A DNA stretch of 64,000 nucleotides. Source: Paraspadella gotoi (Eukaryota > Animalia > Chaetognatha). The position numbers and the translations under genes were made by a program. The stretch is from contig JBJCIZ010000239.1 in assembly GCA_051294375.1 (NCBI GenBank), positions 6,805,545-6,869,544 on the forward strand, in the 5' to 3' direction. Below the pieces are notes generated by a model. It worked only from the letters and a program-made list of their open reading frames with translations, did no database searches and was not told the DNA's origin. Of the stretch, positions 13,819-26,812 are shown one piece after another (position 1 is the stretch's first letter; every line of letters starts with the position of its first letter).

Positions 13819-16311
13819 TGTTTTTGAATTAAATAAAATCGTTGTCAAAACTAAACTCAAACTGTCTCTAATCGTCCCAAACAACGAAAAGAAAGGATTT
13901 ATATAACAAAGTTTTAAATAAAAAAAATAAAGATCTTATTTTAAAATTTATTTATTTAAAAAAATATATTTATAATAAAAAAATTAAATTATTAAAAATT
14001 TCTGGTATTAAAGCATTATATTAATTAAATAAAATTATTTTTTTAAAAATAATATATATATAAAAAAGTTTAATATTTTTATTAAATTTTAAATTATTAT
14101 AATTAAAACTTAAGAGTTTATTAATATTTTTAAAAGCTGAATATAAATATTAATTAATTATTTTTTAATTTTGTTTTTACAAGAATATATTTTAAATTTA
14201 ATTTTTCTGCTTTTAAACATATAAAAAAATTTTGTAAAGCCTTTATTGAATAAGGCCTAAACCAAAAATGTTTATTTTATATAACAAAACAATTTTATAA
14301 AAATAATTTTTATTATAAAAATAAAAGAATAGAAGTATAAATATTTAAAAAAGATTAATTAAAATTTTTCGTTAATAATTATCAAAATTTTATTTCCGCT
14401 ATAATAAAAAATAATTTTTTTTTAAACTTTCTCCTATAAAAAAGATTAATAATTATTACCATTCAAATTCCTTTGATGATATCAATTTTATGCCTGGGTC
14501 CCCTTAAGCGACAATCGCAAGAGCTGCGCCTCTGTAATTTCCTTTCCATAATTTCACTTGATAAAAGAGGAGAGAGGAAGGGTTTAGAGAAAGAGACCGG
14601 TGGTAAGTCGCCTCACAATATATAAATCATCCATTCATTTAATAAATAAGCTGTTTTGTCTGCTGATTTTGGACAGGCGATATTAACGATAATAACATAG
14701 TGGTCTTTTCTTACAATTGAAACATTCTTTGAACTATTATACCTCTTCATTGATAGGGAATCCAGGTACTCTGGGAGTGAATAAACGAGACGGTGAAGGG
14801 AGTGAATAAACGAGACTGTGAGAGAGTCTTGATTGAAAGCTTGGAGGGACCTGTTATGCCATTAGCTTGTAAGAGTGATGGAGGCCTTAAACCACCAAAG
14901 CCTTTCCAAAGTCAGGGGAAAGATATTTTAGTTATTAAATGAATAATTTTATATTGGTTGTACCAATTTCATTGCAAGATTCACTCACAGTCCAGTTGAT
15001 TCACTGTTCACTAGCGAACACGCGATAGAGTGACCCCTGGGATGGACTTTGTACAGGCTAAATGTATTATAATTAATTTGTACCAATAAATCCCTAAAAA
15101 CTACTGTAAAAATCAAATTGTTAAAGAACCCAATCAATGAATCATATAAAAATTAGTATTTACCCAAAATAAAAATTATTTATTCATTTAATTTGATAAA
15201 ATAACTACCTCGCTCCTGACTTTGAACTTTATACTTTGAGAATTTCAATTAAAGACATCAATACCATAAACGCCAAGGGTCTTGTAAACGCCCATCAGGA
15301 ATTCCTCAGGGTTTTCATCCGCGCGGCGTTTCTCTAACTTAACGTCGGAAGCTTTGGCGGCCACAACTACGTGGGACGGCGACCCTGGGACCGTTTTTTT
15401 GAATTTGAATTAGAATTTTTTACTCCGCATTAGTGTTCAATGTGATAGTAAAAACAAGAAGGTATGAATTGTTACGAGGCTAGGGATCTCGCCCCTGCTC
15501 AGCTTCCTAAAGTTAGGAAGGAAGAGAGAGGTACCTGAGCAAGCTTTCTCGTCACTCCTTTGCTATGTCAGCTATCTCAGCATAGATCATCAAATGAGAA
15601 GTTGGCGGGAAAACAGAAGAACCAAGAGAGATCTCGGGTACCACAGTTCCCATCCAATAGGAAAGAAAGGTTTATTTTAAAGTTTTAGTCCCAAACGCTT
15701 CTCAGATCGCTACTAGGGTTCAATGTCATTTTCCTTTCACTCCTTGCTCCAGACTTGCTCCTCTCTCATCATCATCAGGAGCAAGCGCTTCCTCCTCCTA
15801 TTCTCCTTCATGCATCGATTGCTCTTCAGTGTTTCGATCGTCGTGAGCGTTGGCTGTCTGTTGATTGTTGTCGTTGTTGTTGCATAATTGTCTTTGTTGT
15901 CGTTGTCGTTACTATGGAATAATGACAACGCACTTCTCGCCGATTCGTTAAAATTATCCGCCTGAGAATTATTTCGTCTTGAATTGATCCTTAAAATTAA
16001 GTTTTAACTTCGTCCGCTTCTCGAGTCATAATTTCAAAGATAAAATGGAGATGAACAAAAGGCGAACAAGTGTCGCCTTCGGCGGGAAGAAGCGAAGGAA
16101 GCGACGAAGCCTCCTGGCGAGAACCGTGAAAATCGCGATCGAAGAAACAAAAGACGTCAGGAACAAAATCTGGGTATATGACGATAAAGATACGATAAGA
16201 AAAAGAGGAAAGATGAAAATAAAAAAATGACATAATAAAGATATAAATAAAACGTTTTCTAGAGTTCCTTAACTCTTGGCCCATGAAAAAAAGTTAATTT
16301 ATTTAACATAT

Positions 16312-16958
16312 TATGGTGGACTAAAATCCACCAACCGTTCATCACGGCCATTGGTGCCGGAGGCAAGTCATTCGTCTCCCAACCCAAAGGTCCGGGGTTC
16401 TAGCCCGGTGTCGTCTGGCAGTTAGAGGGACGGGGCGCTTAACCCGCCTGTAACATGGTGTTACAGCCTGATCCGAAGCTCAGGGACTGCTTATATTGAA
16501 CGGTTCTGTCATTAACACTTATCAATAATTACTGTCTCTTCATTGGTGAGCCCGACTTCCGAACACAACAGCAACAACAACACTTTCCAGGCGACATGCC
16601 TCAACCTGGCGATGCACTTTCCGCCCACAACATATCAGCGACATGCCTCAACTTGGTGACGAACTTTCCACCAACAACAATTCACTTAAGAGACGCAACA
16701 GACTTCTCCCTACGGAGGGGGGATGTATGGTGGACTAAAATCCACCAACCGTTCATCAGCGGCCATTGTGCCGGAGGCAAGTCATTCGCCTCCCAACCCA
16801 AAGGTCCGGGGTTCTAGCCCGGTGGTCGTCTGGCAGTTAAGAGGGACGGGGCGCTTAACCCGCCTGTAACATGGTGTTACAGCCTGATCCGAAGCTCAGG
16901 GACTGCTTATATTGAACGGTTCTGTCATTAACACTTATCAATAATTACTGTCTCTTCA
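16312..16958 (+). mobile_element. TRIM (miniature non-autonomous LTR retrotransposon) with a tRNA-like sequence in both LTRs (Helenus-like)
   Basis: LTRs at 16312-16542 and 16724-16958; LTR2 has TG...CA ends, LTR1 lacks the initial TG. PBS TGGTGAGCCCGAC at 16544, PPT GGAGGGGGGA at 16714-16723, ATAT on both flanks, ~180 bp non-coding interior. Confidence 0.9.
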
Positions 16959-17258
16959 ATATGTTACAATGCTTAACTGTAAAACATGCATATTGTAGGC
17001 TTGCTGAATAGAATAATAATAATTATTATTATTATTATTATTATTAAAGTTATATGATAACTTAATACTTAATAGTAATTTGGAACGATGTTGAAAATAT
17101 GATAATCCCGTCCTTGACTTTGGTTCGTCCAGGCGGTTGATTTCTTAGAAATGCTTTGGACTCTCGTCCCCGACTCGACGCTGAGAAAAATCGAGGAAAC
17201 TTTTACTGGGTGAGCCGAGAAATTCACTTCTCGGGATTTGGAAGGGGTTGGGCGAAGT

Positions 17259-17400
17259 GACAAGGCCAAGGGGGTTTAGACAAGGCAAGGGGTTTAGACA
17301 CGGACAAGGGGGTTTAGACAAGGCCAAGGGGATTTAGACAAGGCAAGGAGGTTTTAGACAAGGCCAAGGGTATTTAGACAAGGCCAAGGGGTTTAGATAA
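17259..17400. repeat. ~20 bp minisatellite (GACAAGGCCAAGGGGTTTA), about 7 units
   Basis: Tandem units are directly visible. Confidence 0.9.
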
Positions 17401-18092
17401 CCAAGGTTATAAATCAAAAGCGACTTTTTTTGTTCTTTACTTAATCTTATCCCTAAATACTAACTTAATCTTTAAAACTAAACTAAACTTTTAATTTATC
17501 AACTCCTTTCGTGATAATCGAATTCAGAATTAATAATTTAATACATTGAGAATGAGAGTATTTCATATTCAATTACGCGATGTTCCTTTATTCGTCAGCG
17601 CAGAGCAGCCGTCGGAAGTAAGTCTCGTGGCGGCCTCTTTCCTCACTTGTTGTCGACCGAATTCACCGCAGTATTTTTTGCGCTACGCTGAGGTGAGGAG
17701 AGCGGAAACAGAGGGAGAAGGCTCTTTCTTCTTTCTTCTTTCTTCCTCTTTCTTTATTTCTCTCTTTCTCTCTTTCCTTCTGTCTTAATATAGTTTCTCT
17801 CTGTCGTTGGAAAAATACTTTTTGTTTAGAAATAAGGAGATGATTATTTATTAATTCTATTTTAACTATTATTTTAACTATTTTAACTACTATGCTATAC
17901 GAAATATAGGACATACAAAATTGTATCGCTCATTTGACAATAATACAACTTATTTTTGTTTGGCTTACATCTAAAAAGTAAATTAAATTCCCCTCTTATT
18001 TTTTTAAACACAATACACATCACGAGACTGAATATACATCGAAAAACAGAAACAAACAAAGTAACAAAACTAAAGTTTGATATCGAACGATT

Positions 18093-19112
18093 TTACGGAT
18101 TTCTTGGTTCAGTGCAAACGTCTTCTACCAACTGAGTTTGAATCGTCGTAGCTAATTCTTCTTTACTGTCGAGTTTCTTGTAGTTATTTGGCGATATGAG
18201 TTTCAGTCCTGTAAAAAAATTATAACACCAAATAACAAAAATTAATAAAAAAAACAAACAAATGAAGCATGTATTATTATTATTATTATTATTTATTATT
18301 ATTATTATTATTATATTATTATTATATTATTATTATTATTATATATTATTATTATTATTAATTTTTTTTTTTATTGTTATTTTATATTCACTGCGGCGAA
18401 AAAAAGTGCTGATAAAGACTTGTACCAAAGTCGAAACGTGTCCATTAATAATAAACAAATTGTTGTTCTAAATTAAAATCAAACTTTCTCTAAGTACAAA
18501 ACACAACGAAAGAAATGATTTATACAAAATATTTTCTCAAAATTAAAAAAAAATAGTGGAGTATTTAAAGCTAACAAGTGCTACTTTTTTTTTGCGCAGT
18601 GTATATGTATCTAAATAAAAAATTATAACAAATTGACAAAGTTTGAAGAGAGATTTAACAACGATTTTTATTTCATAGTGAAACGGACATGTTTCGACTC
18701 ACATACGAGTCTTGTGAGTATGTGAGTCGAAACATGTCCGTTTCACTATGAAATAAAAATCGTTGTTAAATCTCTCTTCAAACTTTGTTCTAAATCAAAT
18801 CACAACGAAACAGAAAGGAAAAATCTTAAAAGCATAAGGAATCGAGCCTACTTTTGATGATAACCAAATATTGATGCGATGATAACCAAATATTGATGCG
18901 ATGATAACCGAAGGATTGATGCGATGATAACCAAATGATGGATGCGATGATAGTCATTCATTGATGCGATGATAAATCATTCATTGATGCGATGATAGTC
19001 CTTCATTGATCGGATGATAATCATTCATTGATGCGATGATAGTCATTCATTGATGCGATGATAGTCATTCATTGATGCGATGCTAGTCATTCATTGACGT
19101 GATGAGTTAATT

Positions 19113-19174
<62 letters not shown>

Positions 19175-20421
19175 CGACATAGTGTTGATTGAGAGAGAAA
19201 TATAGAGAGAATAATAAAATAATAATAAAAGTTTTTAGAAGGAAAAAAATAAAATCCACGAAAATCTCGGAAATAAATTTGGATTTTGTATTAAGAAAAA
19301 AGTGGCGTGATAAAAATAAAATTGTTTTATTAGAGTGTGATTAAGCATCAATTAACTTTCAATTTTTTTTTTCAATTGAAATAAGACTGAAGTCTTTTGT
19401 TCATCTAGTTCAAATGAGGTTGAAAACCTTATTTTTTTGCATATTATTGAAAATTAATGAGATTGATATTGATTGTATGAAATGAAAACTCGTCGCTATA
19501 AGGCTAAACTATTTTCAATAATAACGGTCAAAAAAATTATAATCTCTTTTAACAAAATATATAGTTGAAAATACTCAGTTAACGACTATGATATTTTTGA
19601 CTTCCAAATATTTTTTTTACTTATCAAAAAAAATTTTATTTCCTCATTTTAAAAAATTTAATCTTGAATGAAATTTTAGATTGTTCTTTATTAAAGAAGA
19701 TATTGCTTACCTCTCACATTAGCAGAACTCATGTGACATTGATGGCATATAAGTTATTATTATTCACTTTTCTCAAATGAATCCGAAAATCTCGAATGTA
19801 AATTTGGGATTTTGTATCGAGAATAAATGGCGATAATAAAAGTTTTTAGAAGTAAAAAAAATAATCATAATTTTTAAAAAAAACGAACGATCAACGCAAA
19901 GAGAGAAAGAGACAGAAAGAGAGAGAGAGAGAGAAAAGCTGAACAGACGCTGCAGAGGCGGAACTCGTTTACCTCGTTTACTCGTCGCCAAGTGACGGTG
20001 GTGAAAAAAAAGTGACTAAAAAAAAAATAGGAGAGAGAGAAAGGGAGAGAGAGAGAGAGAAGAGAGAGAGAAAGATAGAGAGAGGAGAGAAGAGAAAGAG
20101 AGAGAAAAGAGAGAGAGAGAGAGAGAAAGAAGCTGAACAGACCGCTGCAGAGGCGGAACTCGTTATAAGTTATTCTTCACTTTTTCTAAATTGTATCCAG
20201 GAAAATCTCGGATGTAAATTTAGGATTTTGTATTGAAAAAAAAAGCGCGGAATAATTGGCGATAATAAAAGTTTAAGAAGGAAAAAATAATAGAATTTTT
20301 CAAAAAATGAACGATCAGGATGAGATCGTACAGAAGAAAAAGAGAGAAAGAGAGACAAAGCTGGACAGCTGCTGGAAGGCCGCTGTACAGTCACTGCAGA
20401 GCCTGAACTCGTCTTTCTAAA

Positions 20422-20460
<39 letters not shown>

Positions 20461-23400
20461 ATAAAACAACATGAGACGCTAACAGAAATAAAAAACACTA
20501 TATCACGTAAGTGTAAGATACTAATTAAAACAGACAAAGAGACGCAAAAAAGAAAAAAGAAAAAAAAAGAAAAAAAAGAAAATTTTTTTTTTTTTATAAT
20601 AGACCAAAACAGTATTGACAAAAATCCAAAAAACAGTAATCAGTGTAAAAAACAGAAACAGTAAAACAAGTAAAACTAAACTATTAAAATTCAAGCAAGA
20701 AAAAAAAAGACACTAAACGTTTAAAATTGACCATAATTAAATGTTATGAACATAATTCAATAGAAACTATAAAATATAACGTTCAAGAACGTTCAAATTC
20801 AAATTTAAATCAAAAAAACACCCTTGATCTAAAAACAAAAACACATAACGTTTAAAATGGACTCCAAGACAAAAACAAAAACAAAAACAAAAAATATATA
20901 AGCATAAACGAAAAACAACGTTAAATAAACACAGTAACAAACAAAACAAAAATTATGAAAAAGAACAAATAGAAAATATAAAGCATAAATGAAATATACC
21001 ATAAAATGTATAATTATAAAATGTGTTAAAGTAAAGGGCAAAACTAGGATTTTTTTTAAAATAATTTTATACTCGTAAAAAAACCGGAAAAAGAAAAAAG
21101 TTGTTTTAAAGTAAAAAACAAAAATGTCTAGTTAAAAAGTGTTTAATCGTAAAGTAAAACGAAAAAACGTAAAAGCGTCATGGTTTTAATTTTTATAAAA
21201 CGTCATTATAAGTATTTAATGCATAGTGATAACATATACCCAAATTTATAATTACAGATGTGTTAAAAGTAAGGGGCAGAGGGACCACAACGCTATTAAT
21301 AGAAATAAAAAACTAACAATGTCAATATATATATATATAGGTATATAACACACATACTACATATTTTTAAATAATAATCATACATAAAAAGAAAGACAGC
21401 TAAATATAAAACAAAAGACGCCTAAAAACAGAAGACACTATAAAAGACAAAGACGCTAAAACATAAAGACACTAATAACATAACAGAACGCTATAAAACG
21501 CTAAATAAAACGATAAAAAACAGAAGAAACATAATAAAAAAAAAGACGCCTAATTAAAACAAAGGAGACCTAAAAAACAAAATGAGACGCTAATGAAATA
21601 CTATCTCAACCTATATTAAATAATAACAAACAAGACGCTAATAAAACAAAGATATAGATATGTGGTCGCCCTCAATACCTGAAATAGGCCAAATACCCAA
21701 TCGGAGATACCCTCATTGATGTAAATAATTCCATAGCCATTTTAACACCGTTTAAGTTAAAAAAAAAAGAAAAAAAATATATATAATTAATTTAAAGAAA
21801 TAAAAGAAAGGCAAAAATATGTTACAATTGTTTACAATTGGAAATTTTTCCAATTTTTTCCAATCGCAGCTTGTAAAAATTTTATTTTTATTGTATTAAA
21901 ATTAAGATATAGCTTCTCATTAAAAAAAATCCTTTGAGTTCCCATTTTTAGTATTAAAATTTAAAAAAAAAATTTTTGAATTTCATCTTCAATATTATAT
22001 ACTGCAATATGTAAATTAGATATAAAGCATTTCTATATTACTAATTTGGATATTATAATGAGTACTTTAATCTCATTTGCATATTGCAGTAAATCATAAT
22101 GAAGTGGAAATTCAAACAAAAATACTTAAATCCAATGTAATATGAAAAATATCACAGCTATTTCAAGATGAACAAGCCATATTTAAAATTTTTAACTTAC
22201 ATATGATCGCACACTTTCTAAAAACTTTATCATAATTCATAATAGATTTTTATTTTAAAAAAAACGGTAAGTCACAGCCAAACCTATAAAGCGTAGTAGT
22301 TTTTATTATATGAAAGAGCAGCTGACGGACGACGACGACGACGACGAGACGACGTCACCACAAAGAAGCAACCCTAAAACATTTATAGAGCCTGACCCGG
22401 CTTCGCCGATCAAGGCTCGATAAAAAAACACAATAACAAATTGACAATAATATTATCGCGGGGGGAAAATTTTTTTTTCGCTTAAAAGTCCGATTATCAA
22501 TTATTTCAAGGCCTTATTTTCCTTGAGCGCCCTGTTTCATCTTAAAGTAGAAAACAAAATATTTTAGTTTAACGAATATTTTAAAGGTTTAAAGATGAGG
22601 TGATGGATTTGGTTAAGGATTAAGTTTAGAAATTAGTGATTAGGGTGAAGGATTAGGGTAAGGAAATAAAGTTTAGGGTTTAGGTCCAATCGTCTTTTCC
22701 ATTTGTGTCGGGTCGCTCTCGATCAGGTCCGATCCTCCTTTTCCACTTCTTTATATTCACCATCTTCGTCGATGTCGCCAATTCCAAGGGCGACGATCCT
22801 CGCACCGGCGTCTCTCCAAAGTTTTGCCGCGCTGGCGACGTCCTGACCAGAGGGCGCTGGTCCGTTTAGGATCACCACTAGAATCTAAATTAATCTAATG
22901 TTGATTAATTGATCGATCAATCAATCAATGGAATTAAACAATTAACCAATCAATCTCTCGATTTAATCGACAATCGACCCTTAATGAAGTAATTAATGAA
23001 TGACTGAATGAATAAATAAATGAATGAATGAATGAATAAATGAATGAATAAATCGTTCATAAATAAATAAATAAATAAATGAACGAAAGAATGATTGAAT
23101 CAAAGAATGAATGAATGAATAAATGAATGAAATAATCAATCACCTTTGGGACTTCGGCCTGATTCCACCTGGCCTGCGCACTGAAGCGGTGAAAAGTCTC
23201 CGTGAGAACCTCGCCAGTTTTCGCTTCTCCCATTTTTTCCATTTCGTACTTTGGGTGATTAAAGGAGGACGGGCTGACGAAACTTAAGTCTCTGGGGGAG
23301 GGAGAGATGAGAGAGAGAGGGGGAGAGAGGGAGAGAGAGAGCAGAGAAGAGAGAGAGAAGAGAGAAGAGAGAGGAGATAAAAAACGATGATTTCTTTTTT

Positions 23401-23461
23401 TTGGATTGATCATTGAATGATGGCCTTTAGTCTCCCCCCACCGCCCCGGCGCCGAGTCTTC

Positions 23462-23513
<52 letters not shown>

Positions 23514-23893
23514 TCTCTCTCTCTAACCTCTTAAATGCCATCCACAGTATCTCCGTATTCTCGCGAGCGACGCTCTGGACCCGTCCGCGCATAATTAAAT
23601 CCACGAAGATTTTTCAGGGCCTCGATGACGACCGTCCAAACGTCTCTCGTGACGGCCGTTGGAGGAATCCAGGAGGAGTTGGAGGTCCAGTCGATATCCG
23701 ACCGGGCAGCCTAGGGGGGAGGTGTGGTCCGGGGGGGAAAGACGGGGGAGTGGGGGGGGGTTCAAGGAGTTTGATCGATATCCAGATGATATTATTTTAT
23801 TCTCTCTTCTTTCTTTCTTTCCATTTTCTTTCTTTCTTTTCTTCTTTTCTTTCTTTCTTTCTCTTTTCTCTCTCTCTCTCTCTCTCTCCTCTT

Positions 23894-23955
<62 letters not shown>

Positions 23956-25551
23956 TGTGCACTTGAGTTCCGGACATTGACATTCGTCGTAAACCAATTT
24001 GCGTTTCTGTCCATTGACTTTGCATTCGCTCGTCGAGAGGAGATCGGCGGAACAAGGCAACTTTTCATACCTGATCGTTTAATTCTAAAGAAATTAATTT
24101 ACGATACGCGTAAGTTGACAGTTATAACTAATATATCCCCTCCTCACGTTTTCACGTCGCATCCGCCCAAAAAGTTAACGTTCCCAACTCGGAAACACCT
24201 CCTCGGCAAAGTGGGCGCGGCCACTGGGAACCAGGCGGCGCAATCGAGGCACGCGTCTCGGTCTTCGCCGCAACCCGACTTGAGGGTGACCTTGACCGTG
24301 CCGGTCGGGCACTCTTCGAACTGTTCCTCGCAGACGTGGGCGTTCTTCTTGCACTTAGTGACCAGCTGACCGCAACGAGTCTTCTCGGTGTAGTCGGAAT
24401 AGCAAGATCGAGGGAGGGAGTCGTGCTCGCAGATTCGCTCGTGCTCGAAAACCTTTTTTAAAGAAGAAAACGGAAAACTGTGGCGGTTTATTCACACCGC
24501 CTCACGTNNNNNNNNNNNNNNNNNNNNNNNNNNNNNNNNNNNNNNNNNNNNNNNNNNNNNNNNNNNNNNNNNNNNNNNNNNNNNNNNNNNNNNNNNNNNN
24601 NNNNNNNNNNNNNNNNNNNNNNNNNNNNNNNNNNNNNNNNNNNNNNNNNNNNNNNNNNNNNNNNNNNNNNNNNNNNNNNNNNNNNNNNNNNNNNNCTAAC
24701 CCGTTATCTCCTCTACGGAAAGAAAGAGGACGGCCGTAAGGCGTCTTGAAGGAGTAGCAACCCCTCTAGCCCAGGTTCCAAGCCCAGGACCCTTTCATTA
24801 GCTGCTAAAGCGGGTTAAAGAAGTTTGAGAGCGGCCTTTTCCAGCAGACTTCGCGCTTTATCCACTCTGGTCAGCCGTTCCTGTTGCGTTTCTCGGACCA
24901 TGTACTTGCTGGAGATTTCTAACCTCCCTTCACTGGAACCAATCGAGGGTGGGTTACAAGCTTACGACCCCCACCTCCCGCCCTAAACCTTTCAATCCTC
25001 ACCTTTGGCCTCTGCGTCCAATGATAACATCGGACGCACATTTTTCCTTCCTCCTCGTAAGAGGAATTCCGGAAAAGGTCATTTCCGGTTCCTCGCTAGC
25101 AAGACGGTCCACTTCCGGTTTGGGCGGAGACGGGGACAGTTTTGTCACCACCTCGCTCTCGCAGACCGATCTCTGTGCAGCCGCAGCGGAACGTTCGCGG
25201 CTCACGGCTTTCTGGCAGTCGGTGAGCACTCCTTTATTTTTGGGTGGGGTGAAGGTGGGCGGGGGGTTATGGGGGGGCAAGAGAAGGGTTGTGGTGTAAC
25301 ATGCAGTGAATGAACTGAATAAGAATAACTGGTATGAATTTGATAGTTGAATGATATATGTTGATTAACAGGAAAATGGTTAAATGAATAAAGGTAAAAC
25401 AATTGGTCAGTATAGCAAGGTACGAAAGGCTGAGGAACAAACGTTGAATTACTTAATACATAATTTAATAAATAAATACATAATTAAATTATATTAATCA
25501 ATCAAAGGAATCGAATAAACAAAAAATAAATAAATTAAATAAATAAACAAA

Positions 25552-25594
<43 letters not shown>

Positions 25595-25686
25595 ACAAAT
25601 AAATAAATAAATAAATAAATAATTAAATAATTAAATAAACAAAAAAATAAAAAAATAATTAAAGAAATAAATAAATAAATAAATAA

Positions 25687-25762
<76 letters not shown>

Positions 25763-26742
25763 ATTAATTAATTAATCAATGCATTTTCAAACCGGCTTCT
25801 TCTTCGACTTTTCGCACGGTCGCTTCTTGAATCGCCACGACCAACACTGAAGGCAACGGGGTCGTCGTCGTCGTTGTTGTTGTTGTTGTTGTAATCTCAG
25901 CCGTCGTCCCGGTCCGGCTTCCTCCAACTCTTCGTGGCACATGAAGGACCCGTTGATCATCTCCTGACGCGCGACGTAGCAGTCGAGCTCGGGCGGTCGC
26001 TGCGGGCGGCATTCCGACGAAGTCTTCGAGTTGCATTCGCATCGATGCACGATGCCGCAATCCTGCATCACGGGGACTTTGTGCATGCAATCTCGGTCGC
26101 AGTGCTGTGGAGGGGGGGGGAAGACGGAGTGAAAAACTGCGGGAATTAAAAAAAAACCAAATTAGAGATTATGTATAAATCCTTAGAAAACTAGACTATT
26201 AGTGAATATTAATCGGTATTTTTTAGTAGTTTTTAGCGGACAACATACTCGTCGGCTTCTCTCACTCACCACTTCGTTCTCTTCCTCCGATTTTTTCAAT
26301 TTCATCTCCCATCGATAACAAGGGAGGCAAGCGGTTCCATTCTCGGCGCAGGCGAAGGACCCGCCCCTCCAAACCTTTACCGCGACGTGACAAGGCGGGG
26401 GCGAGGGGGAAGCGAGCGGGCGACAGTCGGCGGGTGTTAAGCATTCGCAGGTCTTGGTGTAGTTGCCGCATTCGCCGTATGTCATTTTGGTTGTTTGGCA
26501 GGGAGAGAGACACTGGATGCAAGAGAGAGTGGGAGAGGGCGAAAGTGGAGGAGGGGGGAGAGAGAGAGAGAGAGACAGGAGAAAAGGGGAAAGGAGCGGA
26601 GAGAGAGAGAGAGACTAAATAGAATCGATAATATGGGCAACATAGTCTCCCACCCTCAACCCAAAGTTTCCTTTTCTCATTACCCCACCTTCCCTTTCCC
26701 TACAAATCCACTCTTACTTCATTGCCCTCCCCATTTTTCTCT

Positions 26743-26812
<70 letters not shown>

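Noticed and set aside
13880-14450. Extremely AT-rich block as a mitochondrial insertion or PLE ORF
   Set aside because: No recognisable rRNA, tRNA or protein motif by eye.
15240-15960. Minus-strand open segments as a neuropeptide-like precursor
   Set aside because: No signal peptide, repeated amidation motifs or consistent splice phases could be established.
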